From Sphingobacteriales bacterium (GTDB taxonomy: Bacteria; Bacteroidota; Bacteroidia; Cytophagales; 172606-1): a stretch of DNA of 64,000 nucleotides. This document shows, piece after piece, positions 19,314 to 27,937 of this stretch. The notes beneath the pieces are model-generated. The model was not told the origin of the DNA, searched no databases, and worked only from the letters and a program-made list of their open reading frames with translations. The stretch covers positions 7,293-71,292 of the forward strand of contig JANPIL010000141.1 in NCBI GenBank assembly GCA_031424975.1. Reading direction: 5' to 3'. Position numbers and translations under genes: made by a program. Each line of letters begins with the position of its first letter. Within the stretch, counting starts at the first letter, position 1.

Positions 19314-21266
19314 TCACTCCACCCGGAACACGTGGGCGGGCATGATGTCGGGGTGCAACTCCACGTAGTTCCATTCGTGGTGCCATTGGTAGCGGCTGTC
19401 GGTCATCAGGTCGTGCATGGTGTAGGCCGAGCCGGAAGCCATGTTCAGGTATTGCGTGGGCACTTTTATCCAGCCTGACTGCACGTGGTGCGGATCGAGG
19501 TTCACCACCACCAGTATCTTGTTACTGCGCATATCGTCCATTTTGGCGTAGCAGAGCAGTTGCTGGTTGTCGGTTTCGCCAAACTCAATGTTCCAAGTGG
19601 TTTGCAGGGCCGCATTTTCGCGCCTGATCCGGTTGATGCGCGTCATGGTGTCGCGGATTTTGGTACGCCGGCTCCAGTCCCACACGTGCGGCTCGTATTT
19701 TTCCGAATCCAGATATTCCTCCTTGCCGGGAGCCATCGGCGAGTTGATGCCGAATTCATACACCGGGCCGTACAAACCGTAGTTGGACGACAGTGTGGCC
19801 GCCAGAATCAACCGGCTCACGTGTGCTGACTCGCCGCCCTGCTGCAATATTTCGGGCAGGATATCGGGCGTGTTGGGCCAGAAATTAGGGCGGTAATACT
19901 CGCGCATTTCTGTTTTGGTCAGCTCGGTCATGTACTGCTTCAGTTCGGCTTGCGTGTTGCGCCACGTAAAGTAGGTGTACGACTGGTTGAAGCCAATCTT
20001 GGCAAGCTGCTCCATTACGCGCGGACGGGTAAAGGCTTCGGCGAGAAAAATAACGTCGGGGTTTTTGGTGCGGATTTCGCGGATGCACCATTCCCAAAAG
20101 CCAAAAGCCTTGGTGTGCGGGTTGTCCACCCTGAATATCAGTACGCCCAGTCCGATCCAGTATTCCAACACCCGTTTCAGTTCCAGCCACAGGTTTTGCC
20201 AGTCTTCAGTCTCGAAATTTACGGGCAGCACATCCTGGTATTTCTTGGGCGGATTTTCGGCGTATTGCACCGAGCCATCGGGCCGCCACCGGAACCACTG
20301 CGGGTGCTGCTTCACGTACGGATGGTCGGGTGAACACTGGATGGCGTAGTCAATGGCAACCTCAATGTCCAATTGATTGGCCGCCTTGATAAAACTTTTG
20401 AAATCCTCCACCGTGCCCAAATCCGGGTGGATGGCATCGTGGCCGCCTTCCGCGCCGCCAATGGCCCACGGCGAGCCGTGTTCGCCGGGCTGGGCAGTCA
20501 CGGCGTTGTTGGCTCCCTTGCGGTTGCTCACGCCAACCGGATGGATGGGCGGCAGGTAAACCGTGTCGAAACCCATCTCGGCAATGCGCGGCAAAATGCG
20601 TTCTGCATCCTTGAATGTACCGTGTTTGCCCGCCTCAGAAGCCGTGGAACGCGGAAAAAACTCGTACCAAGTGCTGAACAACGCCTTTTTGCGTTCCACT
20701 TCCATTTTCAAAACGCTGTGGTACAGGCTGGCGCAACTTTTGTCGGGATAGGCTTCCACCAATCTGGTCAGTTCCATGCCCAAACCCAGCGACACCCCGG
20801 CGGCTTGGTCGGTTTCGGCACGCAGTTGCGCCACCCACGCCTGCAATTGCTGGGCATCTTTGCCTTTGGCGGCATTGGCGGCGGCTTCCACCCAGTTGGC
20901 CCCAATCAGCAGTTCCACGGCCACATCCTGTTTGGCCTCGAATTTCTTTTTTAATCCTTTCTGCCACGTCAGCAAATGATCCACCCAGCCTTGCACCGTG
21001 TATTCGTAAATGCCACGCCGGTCGGGCGTGCACGAAACCTCCCAACGGTCGTTGCCCAAGAAAACCATCGGCACTTCCGTCCAAGTGGCGGCTTGGGCGT
21101 GCCTGACCAGCAAAACGGCCCGCACTTCGTCGTGCCCGTCGGTGAAAACATCGGCGGTGACGGTCAGTTTCTCACCCACCGTGCGTTTGACCGGATAACG
21201 TCCGCTGTTGATTTGCGGGTTCACGTGTTCAATGACCACGCGGTTTCTGCCATCTGTATTCGTCAT
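19314..21266 (-). CDS. glgE: Alpha-1,4-glucan:maltose-1-phosphate maltosyltransferase
   Basis: STWYEFFPRS, YAENPPKKYQD, FRVDNPHTK, NFWPNTPDIL. Confidence 0.95.
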   Translation of the reverse strand: MTNTDGRNRVVIEHVNPQINSGRYPVKRTVGEKLTVTADVFTDGHDEVRAVLLVRHAQAATWTEVPMVFLGNDRWEVSCTPDRRGIYEYTVQGWVDHLLTWQKGLKKKFEAKQDVAVELLIGANWVEAAANAAKGKDAQQLQAWVAQLRAETDQAAGVSLGLGMELTRLVEAYPDKSCASLYHSVLKMEVERKKALFSTWYEFFPRSTASEAGKHGTFKDAERILPRIAEMGFDTVYLPPIHPVGVSNRKGANNAVTAQPGEHGSPWAIGGAEGGHDAIHPDLGTVEDFKSFIKAANQLDIEVAIDYAIQCSPDHPYVKQHPQWFRWRPDGSVQYAENPPKKYQDVLPVNFETEDWQNLWLELKRVLEYWIGLGVLIFRVDNPHTKAFGFWEWCIREIRTKNPDVIFLAEAFTRPRVMEQLAKIGFNQSYTYFTWRNTQAELKQYMTELTKTEMREYYRPNFWPNTPDILPEILQQGGESAHVSRLILAATLSSNYGLYGPVYEFGINSPMAPGKEEYLDSEKYEPHVWDWSRRTKIRDTMTRINRIRRENAALQTTWNIEFGETDNQQLLCYAKMDDMRSNKILVVVNLDPHHVQSGWIKVPTQYLNMASGSAYTMHDLMTDSRYQWHHEWNYVELHPDIMPAHVFRVE

Positions 21267-21327
21267 AAATGATTGCGTTTGTCGGGTTCCGAAACGGTTT
21301 TGGTGTGAAATATCAAATCAGGATTCA

Positions 21328-21356
21328 AAAATAGTATCCCCGGAAAAGGCCAAACC
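21328..21356 (+). repeat. Motif A copy
   Basis: AAAATAGTATCCCCGGAAAAGGCCAAACC. Confidence 0.88.
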
Positions 21357-21568
21357 CGCCGGGTTTAAAAATGCTCCCAGCCATCCATTGGCCGCTAAAA
21401 ATAGCGGATAAAACGGAGCGAAAAACACGCACAAACGAAAAACCGCAAATGCCGCCACCCCGTTGCCGCAATGGCGGCGCACATTGGTTCCAAAGTGAGT
21501 GCATGCCGCTGAAAAATCCAATTTTTTCTTTAATTTTATCAATCCAAAATATGGTTTTTAAATCGCCC

Positions 21569-24277
21569 ATGAAAAAGACTTTTACCCTTTTGCCGCCCAC
21601 CGGGGTTTGGGCCTTCCTGCTGATACTATTTTCCGGCGGCTTTGCCGGGGCGCAGCACGCATTTCCCACCGGCTTTGCCGAAACCCGCATCACCGGCGGC
21701 CTCAACCCGACGGCCATGGCGTTTTCGCCGGATGGACGGCTTTTCATCTGCGACAAAAGCGGCAGGATACACATTGTGCGCAACGATGAGTTTCTTACCA
21801 CGCCATTTGTGGTGCTGCCCAACGTGGACGACTTCAATGAGCGGGGTTTGGGGGGCATTGCCTTCGACCCGGACTTTGCCAACAACGGCTATGTGTACCT
21901 GTATTACGCGGTCAAGGATGCGAACCACAACCGCATTGTGCGCCTTAAAGCCAGCGGCGATGCGGCGGTTCCCGGTTCGGAAGAGATTCTGGTGGAACTG
22001 GAACCCATGGCGGGCACCATCCACAACGGCGGCGCAATGGCGTTCGGCCCGGACGGCAAACTCTACGTTTCCATCGGCGATGGTGCCAACTCCGGCAGTG
22101 CGCAGTCCATGGACAGCAAATTGGGCAAGTTCCTGCGCATCAACGCCGACGGCTCCATCCCCACCGACAATCCGTTTTACAACTCCGCCACCGGCACCAA
22201 CCGCGCCATCTGGGCGTTGGGTTTCCGCAATTCGTTCACGTTTGCCATCCAGCCCGGCACCGGACGCATTTTTGCTAATGATGTGGGCGGCAGCTTGTCT
22301 GAGGAAATCAACGAGGTGGTGAAAGGCGGCAACTACGGCTGGAACCAGATAGAAGGCCCAAAACCCGCCAATACCGCCCCGCCCGCCAACTACCGCGACC
22401 CGGTGTATGCCTACGACCACGGCTTGGGCTGCTCGATTATCGGCGCGGCATTCTGCGATGCGGCCACCAATCGGTTTCCGGCCATTTACGCGGGCAAATA
22501 TTTCTTTGCGGATTATTGCAACGGCTACATCAAGGTGCTGAATCCGGCCAACGGACAGATTGAAAGCACGTTTGCGACGGGCATCAACCGCCCGGTGGAT
22601 TTTGAGTTTGCCAAGGATGGCTCGCTGTACTACCTCGAACGGGCGGGCATGGGCGGCGGCTCCATGCAAGACAACACCAGTACCAACAACGGCGCACTCT
22701 GGAAACTTACCTACACGGGCAGCGGCGCACCGGGCATGTCGCAGCAGCCCGCTTCCGTATTGGTTTCGGCGGGCGACAGCGCGGTGTTTTTTGTGGCGGC
22801 TTCGGGCAGCCGTCCGTTGACTTTTCAATGGCAGCGCGATGGCAACAACATTGCCGGAGCCACGCAAAGCAGCCATACTTTCAAAAATGCGGCACTGGCC
22901 GATAACAACGCCCAACTGCGCTGCGTGGTCACCAACGCCTTCGGCTCGGCTGCCAGCCACGCCGCCGCCCTGCAAGTAACCGCCGACAAACGGCCCGTGC
23001 CCACAATTACCACGCCGCTGGCCGGAGCCACCTACCGCGCTGGCGACACGCTGGCCTTTGCCGGAACCGTCCTTGACAACGAGGATGGAAACCTACCCGA
23101 CTCGGCGTACACGTGGTGGGTTGATTTCCACCACGACAGCCACGCGCACCCCGGACTTTCGCCTGTGAAAGGCATCCGGGCGGGGCAATTTGCGGTGCCG
23201 CGCTTCGGCGAGATTTCCGATAATGTCTGGTATCGGATTCATTTGCGAGCCATTGATAGCAAAGGACTCTCCCAAACGACTTTCACGGATGTGTATCCGC
23301 AAAAAACAACCCTGAAACTGGAAACTGAACCGGCGGGCATCGGCATCAACCTGGATGGCGAAATGCGTATTGCGCCCTACGAATTCAACAGCGTCAAAGG
23401 CATCACCCGAATTGTAGAGGCTCCGGTTTCGTATGCAAAAAACAATAACCTCTACGTATTCAAACAATGGAGTGGCGGCGCGGCTGGCCGTATCCTGACA
23501 TTTGCCACGCCCGATGTGCCAACCACCTACCGGGCTATTTTTGATGTGGTGCCGCTGGGCACAGGCAGCGGTCTGACGGGCAAGTATTACGACAATGGCC
23601 GACGCAACTTCACCGTACCGGTCACGGTGAAACGACTCGATGCCAATATTGACTTTACGTGGGGCAATAATTCGCCCGACCCGAAAATCAAACCCGACAA
23701 TTTCACCGCTTCGTGGAGCGGGCTGGTGCAGCCACTGTTTTCGGAAGAGTACACGTTTTACGCCACCGCCGACGATGGCGTGCGGCTTTGGGTGGACAAC
23801 AAACTGCTCGTGGACAAGTGGCAGTTGCAGGCGGCCACCGAATGGCAGGGCACGGTGACGCTTGAGGCGGGCAAAAAATACGAGTTGCGGCTGGACTACT
23901 TCGAGGAACTGTACGATGCGGTGGTAAAACTGGCATGGAGCAGCCGCCGCACGCCCAAACAAATCATTCCGGCCACGCAACTGTATCCGCTGGAGTTTGT
24001 GACCGCCACCGAACCACTTGTGGCAGCGGGCGGTTTCACGCTGTACCCGGTTCCCGCTGGTGATATTCTGAAAGTGAAAATAGTATCTTTGAAAACGGCC
24101 AAAGCCGACGTGTCGGTGTATAACACGCTGGGGCAGAAGCTATTGCAAACGCCGCAAAGCCTGAGAGCCGGTGAAAACACGTTTGAGATCAACACGCAAA
24201 ACCTCGCGCCGGGAATGTATCTCATAACCGTCAGCGGCCCAAGCGGCCCGCAAAGCAAGGCTTTCGTCAAGCGGTGA
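21569..24277 (+). CDS. PQQ-dependent sugar dehydrogenase-like beta-propeller plus Ig-like, PA14 and T9SS C-terminal domains
   Basis: ERGLGGIAFDPDF, HNGG..FGPDGKLY, ALGFRN; PA14 WSGLVQP..DDGVRLWVD; C-terminal LYPVPA..GMYLI. Confidence 0.85.
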   Translation: MKKTFTLLPPTGVWAFLLILFSGGFAGAQHAFPTGFAETRITGGLNPTAMAFSPDGRLFICDKSGRIHIVRNDEFLTTPFVVLPNVDDFNERGLGGIAFDPDFANNGYVYLYYAVKDANHNRIVRLKASGDAAVPGSEEILVELEPMAGTIHNGGAMAFGPDGKLYVSIGDGANSGSAQSMDSKLGKFLRINADGSIPTDNPFYNSATGTNRAIWALGFRNSFTFAIQPGTGRIFANDVGGSLSEEINEVVKGGNYGWNQIEGPKPANTAPPANYRDPVYAYDHGLGCSIIGAAFCDAATNRFPAIYAGKYFFADYCNGYIKVLNPANGQIESTFATGINRPVDFEFAKDGSLYYLERAGMGGGSMQDNTSTNNGALWKLTYTGSGAPGMSQQPASVLVSAGDSAVFFVAASGSRPLTFQWQRDGNNIAGATQSSHTFKNAALADNNAQLRCVVTNAFGSAASHAAALQVTADKRPVPTITTPLAGATYRAGDTLAFAGTVLDNEDGNLPDSAYTWWVDFHHDSHAHPGLSPVKGIRAGQFAVPRFGEISDNVWYRIHLRAIDSKGLSQTTFTDVYPQKTTLKLETEPAGIGINLDGEMRIAPYEFNSVKGITRIVEAPVSYAKNNNLYVFKQWSGGAAGRILTFATPDVPTTYRAIFDVVPLGTGSGLTGKYYDNGRRNFTVPVTVKRLDANIDFTWGNNSPDPKIKPDNFTASWSGLVQPLFSEEYTFYATADDGVRLWVDNKLLVDKWQLQAATEWQGTVTLEAGKKYELRLDYFEELYDAVVKLAWSSRRTPKQIIPATQLYPLEFVTATEPLVAAGGFTLYPVPAGDILKVKIVSLKTAKADVSVYNTLGQKLLQTPQSLRAGENTFEINTQNLAPGMYLITVSGPSGPQSKAFVKR
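21604..21632 (-). repeat. Motif A copy in a signal-peptide coding region
   Basis: GGTTTGGGCCTTCCTGCTGATACTATTTT; encodes GVWAFLLILFS. Confidence 0.8.
24077..24105 (+). repeat. Motif A copy in the T9SS C-terminal domain coding region
   Basis: AAAATAGTATCTTTGAAAACGGCCAAAGC; encodes KIVSLKTAKA. Confidence 0.85.
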
Positions 24278-24519
24278 AGCCTATTGGGTTTCTATTGCCC
24301 CGGTACGGTGATACCAAGGGCTTCTTTATTAGAGTTGATTTTGTCCTGCCGCAAAAACGTCTGACCGTGCTGGATATTTACCAACCAAATCTTTTGAAGG
24401 GGATGCAAGCAATAGAATTTCATGAGGCGTTTTGTAGTTTTTGTCAAGCCTCATGAAAGTTGTATTTTGATTGCTAAATTCCGTTTTTTAAGCTGTAACG
24501 TCGTCATTTGTAACCTGAC

Positions 24520-24652
24520 CGCTAACGGTTTAGAGGGTTTGCGATGGCGGGGAGTTTTAGCACTAAACTTCATTCGGAGAACCAAACTTCCACTTTGCAC
24601 AAAAGTGTCTGCGAAGCACGCAACCCCCGCTACTGAAAACCCCTTGTTAGTG
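24520..24652 (-). other. attC-like recombination site (array 2)
   Basis: CGCTAAC...GTTAGTG; arms GGGTTTGCGATGGCGGGG / CCCCGCTACTGAAAACCC; stop codon overlap. Confidence 0.7.
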
Positions 24653-25450
24653 GTTCGTTGTTTCATTGTCATCCATTTCACGTTTATATTCTTCTTTATA
24701 TTCACCGTGTTCGTCAAATTTACTTTGAAATTGTCGGTAGCTAATAAAACCGATAAACGGCTTAGAATGATTGTCACCAAGTGTTAATCTCAATTTCGTT
24801 TTGTAATTACCCTTAAAAATTGGAGCTAATGTCAGGATGCACTCATTTGGAGGGAGAATAAATGAGCCCACGCCATTACCACACTTATAAATAAACCTTT
24901 CTTGTATCGGTTTCCAATTTCCTAAAGTGTCCACTGCTTCCATTACAATAGGAACGTGGCTACCATAACCGATGAAAATAGTGTCAGTGTCCCGATTTGT
25001 TAGTATTACTGGATATAAGTTGGCTAATTTAATTGCTGTGTCAAGCTGAATTTCAATTTTAGATTGTGTCCAGTTTCTATAACTCCTTTCCTCGTCCCAT
25101 TCTATATAGTATTTTTTAAAGGAATTTTCAAGTTCAGTTATTTTTGTCCTATTACTCGTCTTTGCTCCTGAAGGCAAAGGTGGCGGAGGAGGAGGTGAGA
25201 AGTTAGTAAAAGGACTTAAATAAATGGTGTCTTTAACTTCTCCAATAAAGTAAAAATTGTAATTTGAAGTTGTTAGCCAATTAGGGTTTTCATCTTCAAA
25301 AAAATGCAAAAACTTGTCTACGCCAAAAGTGTCAAGCACCAAGGGAAAAGGTTGTAAATTGTCAGCCTCTTTTGCTGCTTCCTTTTTGTCAGTCTGACAA
25401 CCGATTAAAAAAAGTGTAGTCAGAAGAAATATTAGTTGAATTTGTCTCAT
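24647..25450 (-). CDS. Hypothetical lipoprotein (cassette ORF, array 2)
   Basis: Lipobox LIGC; AT-rich; TAA stop overlaps the attC-like end. Confidence 0.75.
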   Translation of the reverse strand: MRQIQLIFLLTTLFLIGCQTDKKEAAKEADNLQPFPLVLDTFGVDKFLHFFEDENPNWLTTSNYNFYFIGEVKDTIYLSPFTNFSPPPPPPLPSGAKTSNRTKITELENSFKKYYIEWDEERSYRNWTQSKIEIQLDTAIKLANLYPVILTNRDTDTIFIGYGSHVPIVMEAVDTLGNWKPIQERFIYKCGNGVGSFILPPNECILTLAPIFKGNYKTKLRLTLGDNHSKPFIGFISYRQFQSKFDEHGEYKEEYKREMDDNETTNH

Positions 25451-25472
25451 TTGTTGTCGTCTTTACAATGAC

Positions 25473-25670
25473 CGCTAACGGCTACGGCTTGGCGATGTGG
25501 CGGTATTTGAAAATCGTCAGCCTGTAACTGCTGTTGAATAAAGTTACAAAAAATGATGATTAAGAACTACAGCTCGGCGTTATTCGTCGGCTGGAACTGA
25601 AGCCGATTAGCGAACAAAAAGTTGAGAATATATTCGTCGCCCCGCCATATTGCCAAACCGAATGTTGCCT
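25473..25670 (-). other. attC-like recombination site (array 2)
   Basis: CGCTAAC...GTTGCCT; arms CGGCTTGGCGATGTGGCGG / CCGCCATATTGCCAAACCG. Confidence 0.72.
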
Positions 25671-25696
25671 GCTGGCGTTTTTCGTTAGCTTTTGAG

Positions 25697-26053
25697 TTAT
25701 TTTTTCCATTCTTTTATGCTGTAAGAGTCAATGATAGAGTCCTTTGTCAATTTTAATTGTAAAGACTTGGTGTAAACTGGGTCAATGTCAAAGCCATAAT
25801 CTGTTTCAATTTCGTAATAAACAATGTCGTTTTCTTTGTCGCTATAGTTTTCTGGTTCGCCAATTAAGTTTACTAATTGTCTGTAAGAAAGACCTGTTAG
25901 TTTATAATTCTTGGTCAAATCTTTCAGCATAGATTTTCTATGTGTGTAAATTCTCAAGTCGCCCTGTTCTTGCCATTTCGTTTTGTCAAACTTTTCATTA
26001 GAGTTACAAGATGTAAGAAAGATGCTAACTAAAAAAGTTATAAATACCTTCAT
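25697..26053 (-). CDS. Hypothetical lipoprotein (cassette ORF, array 2)
   Basis: Lipobox LTSC; 118 aa; AT-rich. Confidence 0.75.
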   Translation of the reverse strand: MKVFITFLVSIFLTSCNSNEKFDKTKWQEQGDLRIYTHRKSMLKDLTKNYKLTGLSYRQLVNLIGEPENYSDKENDIVYYEIETDYGFDIDPVYTKSLQLKLTKDSIIDSYSIKEWKK

Positions 26054-26349
26054 AATTTAGATTCCTTCTTTTTGTTAAACGAATAAATTCTTTCTGCAAC
26101 AAGTCCATAAAACAGGCAATTTAGAAATAGTCCAACAAAAAACATTGAGCCATTCATAAACTGAAAAAATAAAGTGTGTGTCGGAAAACGAAAGATGTAA
26201 AATAGTTTTTCAAGGGCTTTCACAATTATTCCATCGCCACCTGTTCCTTCATCTCTTGCTGCTGCTGCAACTAATGTTACAAAAGTCAAAATGCCACAAA
26301 TTATTGTCGTAATAAAGAATGTTTTGAAGTTGAATTTTGGAATTTTCAT
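26050..26349 (-). CDS. Small membrane protein (cassette ORF, array 2)
   Basis: Two transmembrane segments; ATGA overlap with the next gene; start at ATG 26349 downstream of the attI-like GTT. Confidence 0.65.
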   Translation of the reverse strand: MKIPKFNFKTFFITTIICGILTFVTLVAAAARDEGTGGDGIIVKALEKLFYIFRFPTHTLFFQFMNGSMFFVGLFLNCLFYGLVAERIYSFNKKKESKL

Positions 26350-26393
26350 TGCCTGTCTAAATGCAAATTGTGGTGTCGCACTACGCTTGCAGG

Positions 26394-26417
26394 CAACTCT
26401 CAAATAGACGCAAGTTT
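26394..26417 (-). other. attI-like array head (array 2)
   Basis: CAACTCTCAAATAGACGCAAGTTT, identical to 13544-13567. Confidence 0.65.
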
Positions 26418-26675
26418 ACGCTAGAACGTAAACATGTGTGCATTTTCAGGAAAATCAAAGTTTTTCCTGAAAATTCCGTACAAGTGTCTGATATTCAGAC
26501 TATTGCATTTATTGCCTGTATTCGTTGACCCATCGGCAATGCAAAATACGCTGGTTGCACTGTGCGTATTTCCATCCGGTTGGCAATACAAAATGCGTAC
26601 TTCGCAAAACGTATTGCCGTCGATGACGACAATACGTTTTGCGAAGTACGCATCAACTTGTTCAGCGGGCTTTTT

Positions 26676-27455
26676 TCAATTACGCTCGGCCCGGAAGTTT
26701 TTCAAACAATCCTGAATGGCCGAAGCCAGCGTGTATTCGTCCGATTCCACCACAAAATCCTCGGCCAGCTTGCAGTAAGCCATGAATTTTTCCAGTTCTT
26801 CGGTTTGCAGCCCCGTCACCTTCGCCACAAAATCGGGGTTCATCTTGGCTTTGTACACCCGCTGCCGGTTGTCGTTTTGCAGCATTTCCGTCAGTTTGCG
26901 TTTGGATTTTCCTTCCTTACTGAACCGGTCGTAGAGCTTGGTGATAGGCCCCGAAACGCCAACCCCCACGCCGCCGCTGCGGACCACATCCGAAAGCGTT
27001 GCCAGCCGGGGTATTTGCGGCAACTGCAAATCGGGCTGGTTGGGAAGCCGCAAGCCAAGCAAGTCCTTTTTGAACTGCTTTTCAGAATACGGGCGGATGG
27101 TGATTTCGTTGAGCTGGTACACTTTCTGCCGCATCACCGCCCGCACCGACACCTTGTCGGATGAATAGTACTTTGGCAGCACGTACACCGATTTTTCCAA
27201 GTTCACGGCCGTAAATTCCAGCGTATCGCCGCGCCGCACATGGATGGAGAAAAAACCGTTGTCGCCGCTGATGGTTCCCATGCGGCTGCGCGTGTTGGCT
27301 ACCGTCACGTAGGCGGCGGGTGTGAGGCTGTCGCGGTGCAGCGTGAAACCCTGTACCAGTACAAGCCCTTGGCTGCCGGGTTTTTGCTGCGCAAGCGCGA
27401 CGTTTGCCAGGCATAAACCGGCAAGCAGGATGAGAAACAATGGTCGTTGCATCAT
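26676..27455 (-). CDS. Carboxypeptidase-regulatory-like domain exported protein
   Basis: Signal peptide, GTISGDNGFFSI..GDTLEF, VYQLNEITI. Confidence 0.75.
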   Translation of the reverse strand: MMQRPLFLILLAGLCLANVALAQQKPGSQGLVLVQGFTLHRDSLTPAAYVTVANTRSRMGTISGDNGFFSIHVRRGDTLEFTAVNLEKSVYVLPKYYSSDKVSVRAVMRQKVYQLNEITIRPYSEKQFKKDLLGLRLPNQPDLQLPQIPRLATLSDVVRSGGVGVGVSGPITKLYDRFSKEGKSKRKLTEMLQNDNRQRVYKAKMNPDFVAKVTGLQTEELEKFMAYCKLAEDFVVESDEYTLASAIQDCLKNFRAERN

Positions 27456-27484
27456 AAAATAGTATGTTTTGAAAGTGCCAAACC
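27456..27484 (+). repeat. Motif A copy abutting a start codon
   Basis: AAAATAGTATGTTTTGAAAGTGCCAAACC. Confidence 0.9.
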
Positions 27485-27723
27485 CCCGGAAACGCCAAAC
27501 CCTGGTTGGCGCGGATGAATTGAAAAACGATGCGGGCTGCCTTATGCCATCGACCCGCACAGTCCGGGCATAACCACCATTTCCATGCCAAGCCAAACGG
27601 TTTTGCGCGTCCAAATATGAACTAAATCCGGCTTGCGCGGCCAGCATTTAACAACCTTTAACATTGGCCGCACCAACGGATATTTTCCCGCGCCTGCCTT
27701 CCGCTTGCAAAAATCTGTGCGGG

Positions 27724-27752
27724 GGTTTGGGGTTTTTCAGGGATACTATTTT
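27724..27752 (-). repeat. Motif A copy
   Basis: GGTTTGGGGTTTTTCAGGGATACTATTTT. Confidence 0.9.
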
Positions 27753-27841
27753 CTGATGGCTCAGCTTTTTTGCAACCGCCCCGGTATTACCGGCCAAACC
27801 AGCCATTCCAAAAACCGGCCAACGTACCCGGAAGCCTTGGA

Positions 27842-27887
27842 AAAACGCCCAAACCCACCCGTGGCTGCGGGTGGGTTTGGGCGTTTT
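27842..27887 (-). terminator. 20-bp perfect hairpin built from the Motif A arm, downstream of the TolB-like gene
   Basis: AAAACGCCCAAACCCACCCG-TGGCTG-CGGGTGGGTTTGGGCGTTTT. Confidence 0.6.
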
Positions 27888-27902
27888 AAAAGATACTATT
27901 TT
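27874..27902 (-). repeat. Motif A copy
   Basis: GGTTTGGGCGTTTTAAAAGATACTATTTT. Confidence 0.92.
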
Positions 27903-27937
27903 TAGGATGCCGTTTCCGGAAAGTGTTTTTTTGGCGG

